From positions 53,630,001 to 53,694,000 of the forward strand of contig JAGIQG010000008.1 of the NCBI GenBank assembly GCA_024679065.1: a stretch of DNA of 64,000 nt, given 5' to 3'. Below the pieces are notes generated by a model. That model saw only the letters and a program-made list of their open reading frames with translations, was not told the origin of the DNA and searched no databases. The DNA comes from Sphyrna mokarran (Eukaryota). Made by a program: the position numbers and the translations under genes. This document shows, piece by piece, positions 12,701 to 27,700 of this stretch (positions are counted from its first letter, which is position 1; the number at the start of each line of letters is the position of its first letter).

Positions 12701-15700
12701 ATATTGAGTGTCAGTTGTCTGTACAATTCTTACTACCTGAAAAAAGTTAATAGTTTGGAATGTTAACAGTACTTACAGCTTTTGGTCTGAAAATGCAACA
12801 TTGAACCAATGTCCTCTTCTCCAGATGACATTTTCACAGCAACACTGACAGTGTACGGTGTTGACTCATTCAGATCTGTTAAAAAGAAATAACCAGATAC
12901 ATTGGTGACTTCGGTTCCAAGTGGAGACAGATTTAAGGTCAATGGTAAAAAACCCAAAGAGAAAATGAGCGCAACATTAGTTAGGATCTGGAATGTGCTG
13001 CCTGAGAATGTGATGTAGGTAGATTAATTATAGTGTTTAACACTTTCACCACTTTCACAGCTATAGACAGAACAATCCATGCAGCTGATAGTGGCTGGAG
13101 TTCTTCATGGAGACGGCACAGTTCCTACATTGCTCATTTATGGCAATATATTTTTCCCAATCAAATACCCTCACTGGTGTCTCAAGGTTTGTATGGTTCA
13201 AAATTTTCCCTGTTTTTATATGTTATGGATTGTGTATCTCTCTCTTATGCTGCCTCATTTTCCATTCTTCTATCCTGCAGTGAAATTTTGCATGATCCTT
13301 TAAAATCTCAAACTGGGAACTCCACATTGGGAATTCCATATGTGGTTCCCTGAACTGCAACAATCATTTTATGCTCAGGTCTAAAGTAAAGCTGTTCTAT
13401 TGGTCTCAGTTGGTGCTGCCAATAGACATGAGACTGAACTGATACGTACTCCATCACAGTGGGAGTATAAGTCACAGTCATCAACACTCGAACTCTTCCT
13501 TGTTAATGCTCTTGATTTTAATTATCTCTCAGCCGCAACACATACACACCTGATGAAAGGCCAAGACTGCCTTTATCGCCTCCCCCACCTCTACCTCCAT
13601 CCTACCACCTGATCATAGACTTGCCAGGACACACCCTGTATACTCTATATGCTCCCGCAGCTCATGTCAAAGTATCCTTTGGTTCCTCAGAGTTAGTTGC
13701 ACTGACTGTGTCTTTACCTGTGAGGATCACACTGGTATTCAGAGGGAAAACAATTAGATTCTTCATCGCTCTGTCACTACCAGAGGGGCCGTAGCTAATG
13801 GAATAGCACGAAACCAGGGCAGCATCGGAGGTGGGTGGATCCCAGCTGATCACAGCAGTAGATGATGTTATCTCAGAAACATTCACGTTGCTGAGGAATC
13901 TTGAAGCTGCCAATAAAACAAAGGCTCAGTTAGATTGAGGAAAACATTTCAGTTCTCCAATTGTGAGAGAAAGACAAGCTGACACTAAAATTAATTTTTG
14001 TGAATACATACATGGGAGAGTAGTGACATTAAGAGACTGGGAGTGGAGTGTCTCATTAAACGGAGAGACACACTCAATGGCCATGGAGTAAGTTGTGTTT
14101 GGTTCCAAACCTGAAAAAAAAGATCCGACATTAAATAAAAGTCCCAGAATTCTGTGAGCATAATTCATGTCAGTTATTTAGCAAATAATAAATACATTTC
14201 CACATTTACTTCTGAACCTCCCTTTCCTCGTTCAGGAGCTCAGACATGCCAACTACAACCATGTTTGGGGTTTGTCTGACTGCTCACATATCAACGCTGC
14301 CCTTGAGCGAGGTGCAGCAGAGCAGCCTGGGAACAAGCTGCCCACCTTTGTCAGAAATTAACAGGCCGACATTTGCTGCTTCCCTCAGGTTAACATGGTG
14401 TTTTCATCTTTCACAGAAACGTTAAAGACCTGTTATTGAGCAGTTAGAAAGTGAGTAAGGTGGGGCGGGGTGGGGAGAGACCAGAGGGAGAGGGGGTTGA
14501 TCTTTCGGGCGAGCATACACAGGTCTAATTCCAGCTTCATGGAGGCCATCAGTCAGCTTTTACTCCTCAATGAGATTGACATGTTTCCTAAAAAGCCGTG
14601 CTGTGTGTATGATCTGCCACACCCTCAGACAGAGTGGAAAACAGTCACTCCTTTGATTCTACACATGATGGGGATGCATTTCCCCGGGGTTATGTGTATC
14701 ACTCTAGTAATAAAATTGAAACAGTGGCACCTGGCATAAATATTGCCTGGGTTAGATTTAATCATAAACATTGTTTATTCTTTATTTCAGAGATTCTATG
14801 GTTCCCCTACCAACTCTGTATTGGAGTACATTGTTCTCTCTGATGTTTGCCTTGAGAGTGTGTCATATCCATTACTGCACACTTTGCCTAGGAAGCTAAG
14901 GTGACACAAACTTTAGATTAGGAGCAGGATCGATGGATAGTTTTTCCTGCCCTTAACTAGGAGCCAATGTGGCGTATTGCCGACCCCAGAAACTTTCCTG
15001 ACAGGAGTGAGTAATATCACTCTGGACCATTCATGGTATCAGGAAGTCCCAAAGTGCTTTAAAACCAATGATATATATTTCAAGTGGAGTCACTGTTGTA
15101 ATGTAGGCAATGCAGCAGCCCATTTGTGTACAGCAAGATCACACATGCAGCAATGAGATATTGACCAGACAATCTGTTTTACTGAGGCTGGTTGAGTTGC
15201 CAGTATTGGTCAAGGATTGGAGGTGAAGTTTCCTCGCTCTGCTTTTTAATCAGCCCGGCGAACCTTTTACATCCGACTGAGTCGTGGTCTCTTCTGCACC
15301 CTGACAGTACAGCAATCCCTCCGTTCTCTTCGCCAGAGTCAGCTTAGCCTTTGTGCTCTGGAATTGCATAACCCCTACAAGTTTCTATCTCAGGCAGTGG
15401 TAGCACTGAATTACACCTGACACACGAGGTCCTCATTGAGATCTAACTGGAAGCAGAGAATGAAGAATGAAACCGGAACAAAACTCCAGACATTCCTGTT
15501 GAATGCTTCGGATGCTGGGGTTTAAAACTGATGTTCCTGGAGCTGGGAGGCAGCAGCACCAACCACTGCACCACCGTGACAACATCACACTCCCAATGTT
15601 TAAAATTCAATCCAAAACAGATGTATGCATTCATAGAACCCCAACTGTATAGAAGGAGGTCATTTGGCCCATCGAGTGTGCACCAACCACAATACCATGC

Positions 15701-18700
15701 AGGTTCTATTCCCATAATCCCACGTATTTACCCCGCTTACTCACACAATTTAGCATGGCCAATCAACACATCTTCAGACTATAGGAGGAAACTGGACCAT
15801 CCAGAGGAAATCCACGCAGATATGGGGAGAATGTGAAAACTCCACATAGATAGTTACCCCAGGCTGGAATTGAACCCGGGTTTCTGGCTCTGTGAGACAC
15901 CAATGCTAACCACTGTGCTACTGTGCCATGAAATGAATGACAAACATTTCACCAAGTTCTCCCATTTGTGGAAGAATCCATTCAACTTTTGGAGGAATTA
16001 TTCGTTTTCATTGAAACCCAAAGCCTTGTCATGTAATCAACTCTGTGAGAAATCTTTGGGTCCAGATGACTTTAGGTAAGATCTGAAGTTTCTTTTGCAC
16101 TCTAGATGCAGATATTCTTTTGAACCAAAACGATACAAAGTGGCCTCAGACACTTTTTGAACCTACAGCAGTCTCATTCATGAGTTGCAGATGAATTTTA
16201 CTACTTGAGTCTTAGTCATAACTCAGTGGTAATTGGCAGTACCTCAGTCGGAAGGTTATATCACACTCCAGAGACTCGAGTGCAAAATCTCAGCTGACAC
16301 TGCAATACAGCATTGAGGGAGGGCTTCATTTTCAGATGAAACCATAAACCGAGACCCATCTCTGTCTGCAGGTGCATGTGAAATATTCTACAATAATATT
16401 TCTAAAAGGATTAGGGCACTTCTCTCTGGTGTACTGGCCAACATTCATCCCTCATCCAATATCACTGAAACACCGGACTGTAGATTCTGGCAATATGCAA
16501 TAAAAACAGAAGAGTTTTAGCTTTGCTCTCTATAGATGCTGCCAAACCTGCTGAGTTTTTCCAGCATATCACTAAAATAATTCGGCACTCCTCATAAGAA
16601 TTTGGTGTACACAATTGGTTGCTGAATTTCCAAGATTATAACAATGCATACACATCAAAATGGATCTTAGAGACCAGAAAGCAGCTTGAGATGTTCTAAG
16701 ATCATGAAAATAACAAGTGATTTCTTCACTTTGCTGTGAGTTTTACAGAATGATAAGGTTTGTCTACATAGATGGAAGGTGATTACCTTCATTTCTTACC
16801 TGTGATCAGTGTCTCTGTGTTGGCTGAGATAAGGCTGACAGTGTGGACAGTGTTAGGTGTCCCAGTACTGTGGTAGTGCAGACTGCAGTCCTGCAGAGCA
16901 CTCACATTCTCAAGAGGGGCCCACGAGATCACAGCACTGCTGCTGGAGATGGATGTTAAACTCAGAGTCCCTGCAATCATTTCTAAAGACCAAAACAAAA
17001 ACTCGTTAATCTCAAGAGTTCCATGGGATCACTGCAGGAATGGCAATATATTCTCACGGCTACAAAGGGAATTCTTATTTTCTGGATCAACCTTTAAACA
17101 TCCCGAGCAAAAGAAAGTATGTCTGAAATTTGTTTTCATTTATCCCTTTCGAGAGAGCCCTTTGAAATACCGAGATTAGCTTTTCTGTTGTTGCTGTTTC
17201 TCATCATCTGCAGTTTAACGTCAGATTTTCCCAGTTAAATAGAATGTTTGAGACTAATGACCACAGATCCAAGAGCAGGAACTTTCATCAGAATGAGAAT
17301 TCCATGGTCCAAATATCTCAGGAATCATCATGCTTCTTCACAACAATTACATTAAAGGATGAGAGAGGTTTCTGGATATGACTTCCATTCCCAATGAGAA
17401 TAAAGGTCAGATATCCAGGATAGAAATAAAAAAGAGTATTGAAAGATAGAAATGGGATGAATTCCCTCTGAAATTATTCAATAACAGTTACCTGTACAAT
17501 TCCTTCCATCTCCAGTATATCCAGCCTTACACACACATTGGAAAGAGCCGGGGCTGTTGAAACAGGAGGCTGAGCTGTGACAGTCGTGGCTTCCACTTTG
17601 ACATTCATTCACATCTGATGTTGAGAAGAAAAGAAAAGCTCATTAGAGGAACCCCAGCTTTCTGCATTTTAAATTTTCTCTGGTTACACATCCAGATTTA
17701 GAGTTGGTCCATACATCCCTTATAAAATTGTTCAGTCAGTGATGTACAGAGTTGATCTTTGTGTGGTGGATACTTGTACAACTGCAACATCATCAATGAG
17801 ATTATTCATTCAGGGGTGGATAGGGAGACAATTGACAAGATTTTTCTGCATGTTCAACACATTAAGGATGAAATTGAGGAAACTGAAGCAAGTAACTTGT
17901 GAAAATCACAGCGATAGAATGAAAAATGCATGTAAAACAAGGTTCCTGGCCTTAGCAATAAGTTTGCAATCCAGTGACTATGGGTGGGACTTTTGCAGTC
18001 GGTGGTGCAGTGATTGTTTCGCACAGAGAGAAACAAGCTCAGTTAGTTTGTTGGCTACAGCGAAAATTCCCTCATCTTTCTGCAGCAGAGATAAACAGCT
18101 GGGACAAACAGGGAGCTCTTCCAGCCTGACACATTGCTGGTGAAGTCATGGCCACCATTGACCTCAGGAACTGAATAAACATCCTTTGAGGTCAGTCTTC
18201 AGCTCAATGGCAGGTTCTGATTTGAAACATTTTCAAGAGCTATGAAACTTTTAAAATATGTTATGTATTTTAAATACTTTTAATATTTTATAATAGGTTT
18301 TAAACATTTATAAACAATCCAAATACTGAGGCAGAAGGAGAGGGAGATAGGGAGAAAGATTAAGAGAGGGAAGGAGGCAAATGCTTCGAGTGGTAGATAT
18401 CAGAAAGTTGTGTGGTAATTCTCTCTCTAGTCCCTGGCTTTGCGAATGTAGAATTCCGAGGCACTACAAAGAAAGTGTGGCCCTGGCCCAAATGTTGCTG
18501 AAAAATTGGCAAATTAAAAGAAAGACACTAAAGGCTGCTGGGAAATGTACCTAAGTTACAGAGGTTTGACAAAGAATCACATAGGCAGTTCTCTTACAGC
18601 ATACAAGTAGATCTCTTGACTTCAAAAGGTAATGATTATCAATTTGAGGTGCCAATGATCACAGATGAACAAATGGTAGTAAAGAATTACCCATCACACA

Positions 18701-21700
18701 GAAGTAGGTGATAATGAGTATGAAGGATGGGCAACTGTGTTAGTCTGTCAAGGAACAGAGAAACGCAAACAGACATGCAGTCCCAAGGAAGATACAAATA
18801 TTGCCACAGACTTAGTCAAATTTGTGATAATCAAAAGCAGGAACATTATGGAAGGGAATCTCAAACTGTCAGCTTGAAGACACTTTTCGATCCGCATTCA
18901 TTCTTGGACAGCACCATCAAGAGGTGATATCTCCACAACTTCACTGGAAGTCATTAGATAAATACTGTTTGTTTAAACCTATGCTGAGGAATTTCCCATA
19001 GCAGCAAAGGAAGGTGGAAATATTTGTGTTTTAAACAGAGTACAGTAGTGTGAAGCATTGGAATTTTATATTTTGTTTAATGAAGAAGTGATTTGATTCA
19101 AGAATAATAGCATGTCCATCAATCATCTAGAGTGATGTTCTCAGTCAACAGGTTCAATGATACCTGTTACACACCTGTACAGACAGATCCATTCCAGATG
19201 TAGCCAGTCACACAGGAACATCTGAAGCTTCCATTCACCTGGGTACAGGAGGCATTGGGTCCACACGGATTGTTCACACACATGTCAATAACTGCAGACG
19301 GAAAATGAATGAAGATGGGTTAGCCAACATCAAAGTGCAGTTGAATATTGTCGCTAAAACTGTAATTGGGACATATGCTTTCCCCAGGATAGCTTAGCAA
19401 TTTCCTTTCCTCCTCAGTGGCATTTGCTAATCACTGTAAAACCTATCATTTTAATAGAGATCCTGGGCTGAGTAGCAGTAAAAATCACAGAATGTCCACT
19501 TCTCAGAGTGAAAGCTTACACTTGTAGATTGAGTGAGAGCAGCATTGGGACTGTGTCATGATGTCCCTGCTGTCACTTGGTGTCCCATGAAGAATGGATT
19601 AGATACTGGGCTGGAATTATAATGAAATAAAGGCAATTTCAGGAAGAACAGCATGAAACAACTGAATGAGGATAGGACATATGATATATTTTAAACCACT
19701 GTTTTCCTAACATATTGTCTGAGCAATTTACTTTCTCAAATTTGAACTTGTATAAAATTTTGAGATTTATATGAACTAATGTAGTTCAGCTTCCCCACAT
19801 ACTGAGTCAACGAAATGTTCCTTTTTGTATATGGAATCCATGTTGAGAAGGATACAGATACTTAAGGGATGAGGCAAACCTCCAGACTCGCCAAAATGTA
19901 ACAATTTTCACTAAAGAGATTCTCTCAGTCATTCAGTTGGGTCTGGCAGGGAGCAGCTTTGTTACATGGGGGCACGAGTTGTCTGGATGTGATTCCCATT
20001 CCAAGATCGAATAAGCTCCCAGATATTGGGATTATAAATTGGAAAGAGCATTCTTGGAATTAAAATGGACGGGATAATTTCCAATTTGCTCAGTTGATGA
20101 AATGATTAGTGTGAGGAGCAGAATGGAAGCAGTAGTTCTGCTTCGATTCCCATTCTGGCCGAGGTTGATTTGTGACCTGCTGCCTCACTCTGTCCCTGGA
20201 AGGCAATGGCAAACCACCACTGACTAAAAACCTACCAAGCAAACCCCTCATGTACAAAGCAGACAATGGACCAGGGGCCTGCCTTCAGGAAGAGAATGCA
20301 TGACAAGACCTGAAAATAAAGATGGAAGTAGGATGATTTTCCCCTGGGAAGATTCAAAGTTCCGTGAAGTTTGACAACACCAATTTTAAATCAAACCGAT
20401 TTATTTGATAGTAAATCCACGAGCTAAGGCCGAAAGCTCGTGGATTTACTATCAAATAAATCGGTTGGATTTAAAATTGGTGTTGTCAAACTTTACGGAG
20501 TTTACCCCAGTCCAACGCCGGCATCTCTACATCAAGATTCAAAGTTATCAGACTCAATAATTTGGCTGTGTTTTTTCTCTGCAAATGCGTCAGACCTGTT
20601 GAGATTTTTCAGCATTTTCTCTGTTGGTTTCAGATTCCAGCATCCACAGTAGTTTGCTTTTATTAAGATTCAGTGTCAGTTACCTGTACAATTTCTTACA
20701 TCTCCAATAAAGGTCAAATATCCGGGATAGAAAGCAAAAAAGAATATTGAAAGATAGAAATAGGATGAATTCCCACTAAGATGATTCAATATCAGTTACC
20801 TGTACAATTCCTTCCATCTCCAGCATACCCAGTCTTACACACACATTGGAAAGAGCCGGGGCTGTTGAAACAGGAGGCGGAGCTGTGACAGTCGTGGCTT
20901 CCACTTTGACATTCATTCACATCTGAAGTTGAGAAGAAAGGACGAGTTCATTGAAGGATGCCCAGCTTTGTCTATCTCAATAAGTATTTGTCAATAATTT
21001 ACACTTATCTCATCTCCAACATTTAAATCTTTTGCCCATGTTTGAATTTGGTGTCAGGTAGTTTGTGCCGGATAGTGAACAGCAGGCAGGCTAATTCCCA
21101 GTATTCTGGAGCCATTAAAGTTTGTGGAACACATTCCCACATGTGTGAGATCCTCACAATCTCCTGTAACAAAGTTATCAGCTTGGATTTTCCACATTTC
21201 TTCATTTACGAAGAAATTCTCTTTTTATTGTGTACTACTTCAAACAAAAAAGGGGTTGGACTCAGAATTGTCAACATTGACAATAAATAATTTGTAGTTC
21301 CTCAGCAAATGAAGCTGTGTGTGATTGAATGCAGCAAGAGGCGACAATATCCAGACTTGGTCTCATCAGTTGCAGGAAGCGTTTATGTCACATGTTCACA
21401 AGAAAGATCTAACTACCTTCTCACGATAGAGAATAACATAATCACTAACAACCCACTGTGTGAATATATTGTGCACTTACCTGTTAGATCTTTGGGAATT
21501 TATTTTAATCTATGACTGTGAACCATTTGTCAGAGTTTATGATTTGTGTTTCTTTGTTCAAGCAAAATCCCAGAATTCTGCTCATCTCAATCTCTCCTTG
21601 ATCTTTTCTCATTTAAGTAGTAGCTTTTCAGCTTCTCCAATCACTCCATATTAGTGAAATCTCTCATCCCTGGTATCATCTTAGAAAACCACCACACTGC

Positions 21701-24700
21701 TCTCTCCAACATCTTGACATAATTTCTAAAATGTGGTGTGCAGAATTGATCACAATTTCTCCAATGGAGCACAAACCAAAGATTTCTAAAGCCTTGTCAA
21801 TTCTTGCATGTTTTTGCATTTAATAATCCTATTTAAAAAATTTAAATAATGCATACATTTCTTTAATCATGTTGCTACTTTTCCCTGGCATGGTGAAAGA
21901 TTTGAGATTATACACTGTAGTCGTTCCAGTCATGAACTTGTCACTAAATGGTTCCTTTAAATGATGTTTTTTCTCCATTTTCTGCACCAAAGTGCATCAC
22001 TTCACAAATTTCCATACTGGCATTTTTTTACCAAGTTCACCAGCCAGTCCGTATTCTGTATCCATCTCTGTGATGATATAGAGATGCCGGTGTTGGACTG
22101 GGGTAAACACAGTAAGAGATCTAACAACACCTGTTTTAAATCCAACCAATTTATTCGACAGTAAACTCGCGAGCTTTCGGCTATTATCGCCTTCTTCAGG
22201 TGAATGAGGTGTTCTGATCTGCAATAGCTAGCAATAGTTGTCAGACCTCTTACTACATCTCTGTGGACAGAAATCCATTCCTTCACCACCATGCTCTTTC
22301 TTTCATCCCTGAACAAATTACGCATCCAGTTACAACTATTTCTTTCATACCATGTCTTTCTATTTTTTAAATATTTTTTACAGATCTAAACATCATACAG
22401 TTGGTGAAAGTCATGTATATGTCTGTTGTTGTACCATCATCAGCCCTCTCTGTTACTATATCGAGGAACTCAAGCTGGTTAGCCAGACACAGTGTGTGCC
22501 ATTAACAAATCTCTGCTGGCTATCCTTATTAAGACACAGAAGTTGGAAATGGGATTTTTTTTCCTGGGAGGATTCAGTTTCAGTTACCTGTGCAATTTTT
22601 TCCATCTCCAGTATATCCAGCCTTACACACACATTGGAAAGAGCCGGGGCTGTTGAAACAGGAGGCTGAGCTGTGACAGTTGTGGCTTCCACTTTGACAT
22701 TCATTCACATCTGAAGTTGAGAAGAAAGGAAGAGTTCATTGTAGAATTCCTGGCTTTGACAGTCTTAAACTTTCTCCATTACACATCCAGGTTTAATCTC
22801 AAGACTTGTATAAGAACCAGATTTACCATCTGTTCTTCGCACAAGAGTGCCCAAGATTCAGTGGAATGTTACCAAGAAGAAGGGAGAAAATACCAACAAA
22901 AGAAAAGAAACATGAAGCTGATTTGCTACAGCGGCAGCAGTTCATCCAAGCAACTGAACATCTGACAACTGAACATCTGGCAGCAATATCCCAGCAAAAA
23001 TCAATAAAAGAGTTTGAACAATTCTCCTTGAGAAGCGTGGAACCTTCTCAATTTCTTGCAGAACTCATTCAGTTTGATTTGTTCTATTTCTTTATTCATC
23101 AATGAATTAGCTTTGAAGAAAAAATACAATTTAACCAAAGGAAATGTCAGTGTTTGATCATTCCCCAGAAATGTGAACATTGAAAATAAATAATTAACAA
23201 TTCTTCAGTTACCTGAACAATTCCTTCCATCTCCCGTATATCCAGCCTTACACACACATTGGAAAGAGCCGGGGCTGTTGAAACAGGAGGCGGAGCTGTG
23301 ACAGTCGTGGCTTCCACTTTGACATTCATTCACATCTGCAGTTGAGAAGAAAGGACGAGTTGATTGAAGGATCCCCAGCTTTGTAAATCTCAAATTATCC
23401 ACTGTTACACCTTCAGATTTAGGCTCTAACTTTATATATAAAAAAGTTTCACACATGGGCTGGTCTGAACAATATTTGAGATTCACTGGGTCAAAAATGG
23501 GAAAATATAGTCCAACATAAAAAATGCGATTGATTTGTGAACGTGAGGATTTTTTTATTCATTTGTGGATGTGGGTATCACTGGGTAGTTGAGCTTCTAT
23601 TGCTGCTTTGATTGCTTTTGAGAAAGCAGAGAAGAGCTGCCTTCTTGAATAATCGCAGTCCCTAAAGTATAGGTACAGCCAGTCTGCTGTTACGGAGGAA
23701 GTTCCAGAAATTTGACCCAGGTAATTGTGTTCCCAGGTATCTGCTGCCCTTGGCCTTTGAAATGGCAGATGTTGTGCATTTGAAAGGAAAATTGGTAGGT
23801 CCCTACAGTGCATCTTGTAGGTGGTACCCACATGCCCTGTTCATTGGTGCTGGAGGGACTGATTGTTTGTGGAAAGGGTACCAACCAAGTGGATTGCTTT
23901 GTCTTGGATGATGTCAAGCTTCTTGAATATTGTTCAGTAGCACTCAGCCAGGCGAATGGAGAATATGGCATTACACTCCTGACTTGTGGCTTGTAGATGG
24001 TAGAGAGGTTTGGGAAGTCAGGAGGCAAGTTACTCCTGCAGTTTTACGATATTTGATCTGCTCTGGTAGCCACAATATTTAGATGGCTAATCCAATTTAG
24101 TTTCTGACTAATGGTAACCCCAGGATGAGGAGAGTAGGGGATTCAGTGATGGTAATGCCATTGAAAGTCAAGGTGTGATGGTTAGGTCATCTCTTGCAGT
24201 TATTGCTTGTTACTTGTTTGGTACGAATGTCACTTGCCACTTATCAACCCAAATCTGGATATTTTCAGTTCTTGTTACATGGATTGCTTCAGTATCTGAG
24301 GAGTCATAAATGATTTTTTTTTTGAGAAAGTGACCAAAGAGGTGGATGGGGGTAAGGCGGTTGATGTAGTATATATGGACTTTAGTAAGGCGTTTGATAA
24401 GGTGGCCCATGGAAGACTTCTACAGAAAATGCAGATGTGTGGAATAGAGGGTGATTTAGCTAATTGGATTAGGAATTGGCTGGCAGATAGAAGACAGAGG
24501 GTGGTGGTTGATGGGAGATATTCATCGTGGAGTTCGGTGACGAGTGGTGTGCCTCAGGGGTCTGTTTTGGGGCCCCTGCTGTTTGTAATTTTTATAAATG
24601 ATCTGGATGAGGGTATTGAGGGATGGATCAGTAAATTTGCAGATGATACTAAAGTTGGTGGAGTGGTAGATAGTGAAGAGGGGTGTTTTAGTTTACAGAG

Positions 24701-27700
24701 TGACTTGGACAAGTTGCAGAGCTGGGCCGAGAGGTGGCAAATGGAGTTTAATGTGGAAAAGTGTGAGGTAATGCACTTTGGCAGGAACAATAAATGTGTA
24801 GAGTATAGGGCTAATGGTAGGGCTCTTAATAGTGTTGAGGAACAGAAGGATCTTGGTGTATGTGTCAATAGATCCCTGAAAGTAGGCAGTCAAGTGGATA
24901 AAGTTGTTAAGAAGGCATATGGAGTCTTAGCTTTTATTGGTAGGGGGATTGAATTTAGGAGCCGCAGCATCATGTTGCAACTGTACAAAACTCTAGTGCG
25001 GCCGCACTTGGAGTATTGTGTGCAGTTCTGGTCCCCACATTATAAGAAAGATGTGGAGGCATTGGAGAGGGTACAGAGGAGGTTTACCAGGATGTTGCCT
25101 GGTATGGAGGGCAGGTCCTATGAAGAGAGGTTGAAGGATTTGAGGTTGTTTTCGTTAGAAAGGAGGCGGCTAAGAGGGGATCTTATTGAAGCATATAAGA
25201 TGATTAGAGGTTTAGATAGGGTGGACAGTGATAGCCTTTTTCCTAGGATGGAGAAAGCTAGCACGAGGGGACACAGCTTTAAATTAAGGGGTATGAGTTA
25301 TAGGACGGATATCAGAGGTAGGTTCTTTACTCAAAGAGTGATTAGGGAGTGGAATGCCCTGCCTGCAGCTGTTGTAGATGCGCCAAGTTTGGTGGCGTTT
25401 AAGAGGTTAATTGATAAGTATATGGAAGAGAAGGGAATGGTTTAGTTTGGAGGGGCATTGCTTTTTATATTGGTCAGCACAACATCGAAGGCCGAAGGGC
25501 CTGTTCTGTGCTGTAATGTTCTATGTTCTATGTTCTATGATACTGAATATTATTCAGTCATCAGCAAACATCCCCACTTCTGACCTTATGATGGAAAGAA
25601 GGTCATTGATGAAGCAGCTGTAGATGGTTGGGCCTTGAACACTCTCCTGAGGAACTCCTGCAGAGATGTCCTAGAGCTGAGATGACTGACCTCCAATCAC
25701 CACAACTATCTTCCTTTGTGTCAGGTATGGCTCCAACCAGTGGAGAGTTTTCCACCTGATTCCCATTGACTCCAGTTTTACTCAGGCTCCTTGACACCAC
25801 ACTCAGTCAATATTGCCTTGATGTCAAAGGCAGTCACACTTATCTCAACTCTGGCATTCAATTCTTTTGTCCAATTTGATTTTGGTGTCAGGTAGTTTGT
25901 GCCAGATAGTGAACTCTGGGCAGACTAATTCCCAGTGTTCCCCAGAGCCATTAAAGTTTGTGGAACACATTTCCACATGTGTGAGATCCTCACAAATTTC
26001 CAGCAACTAAGTTATCAGCTTGGACTGTCTGCATTTCTTTATTTACGAAAAGATTCCCTTGTTATTCCACGCTACTTTTTCAAATAAACACCTTTAGAAT
26101 TGTCAACATTGGCAATAAATAATTTGTAATTCCTCAGAGAATGAATCCATAAGTGACAGAGTGCAGCAGGAGGCAATAATGTCCAGGTTTGGGCTCATCA
26201 GTTGCAGGAAGTGTTTGTGTGACACGTTCCACAAGAAAGAATCTGATTACCTCCCCATGATACAGAATAACATCACCACTAACAACCCACTGTGTGAATA
26301 TATTATTCACTTACCTGTTAGATCTTTGGGAATTTATTTTAATCTATGACTGTGACCCATTTGTCAGAGAATATAATTTGTGTTTCTTTGCTCAAGCAAA
26401 ATCCCACAATTCTGCTCATCTCAATTTCTCCTTAATCTTCTCTCATATAAGTAAAAAAGCCTCAGCTTCTCCAATCACTCCACATTAGTGAAATCCCTCA
26501 TCCCTGGTTTCATCTTGGTTGTAACTTGGATGTGTAATTGGTTAAGGGATAAAAGACAGAGAGTGGTGGTGAAGGGATGGATTTCTGTCTGCAGAGATGT
26601 ATATTGGGGTCAGTATTAAAACATCAATTTTCATTTATAAGTGCATGAAGGTTCATCTGGGGAGTATGATTTTAGATTGAGGATAGTGGAAAACGTGACT
26701 CAATTTAGTATTGAGTGAGCAGAATAATAATGGACATCAGGAGAGCACAGGCAGACTGGTGAACTTGATAAACAAATGACAAATACAATTTAATATGGAA
26801 ATGTGTGAAGTGATGCAATTTGTTGTAGAAAATGGAAAAGCAACATGTTTTAAATGAAGCATTTTGTGACAAGTTCATGGGTGGAATTACTGGCAGTGTA
26901 TAATCTCAAATCTTTTACTGTGCCAGGGAAAGGTAGCAAGGTGGTTGAGAAAATGTATGTATTATTTAAAGTTATAAGTAGGGTCATTAAATACAAAAAC
27001 ATGCAGGACTTCTCCGACACCTTGATATGATTTCTACAGTGTGGTGTCTAGAATTGAATGCAATTTCTCCAGTGGAGCACAAACCAAAGATTTTGAAAGA
27101 CTTAACAATTGTTGCATATTCTTGTATTTAATGATCCTACTTATAAATTTAAATAATGTATACATTTCCTTAACCACCTTGTTAGCTTTACTTGGCACAG
27201 TGAAAGATTTGAGATTACACACTCTCAGTCATTCCACCCATGAACTTGTCATTAAATGGTTCATTTAAATCATGTTGCTTCTCCATTTTCTGCACCAAAG
27301 TGCAAAACACTTCACACATTTCACTCCACACATTTCCACATTAAATTGTATCTGTCATTTGTTTACCAAGTTCACCAGCCTGTCTGTACTCTCCTGATGT
27401 CCATTATTATTCTGCCCACTCAATACTAAATTGAGCCATGTTTTCCACTATCCTCAACCTAAAATCATACTCCCCAGATGAATCTTCATGCACTTATAAA
27501 TGAAAATTGGTGTTCTAAAACGACCCTATATACATCTCTGCGGACAGAATTCCATCCCTTTACTAACACTCTGTCTCTTATCCTTCAACCAATTACACAT
27601 CCAAGTTACAACTATTCCTTTCATACCATGTCTTTCTATTTTCTAAACATCTTTTACAGCTATAAACATCATATACTTGGTGAAAGTCATGTATACGTCT

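Noticed and set aside
15850-15927. tRNA gene
   Set aside because: The A/B boxes belong to a SINE head followed by the V-domain; no complete cloverleaf
24330-25445. Domesticated reverse transcriptase driving the array
   Set aside because: An ordinary 5'-truncated CR1 lacking the endonuclease, the RT N-terminus and a true start. Nothing links it to the repeats
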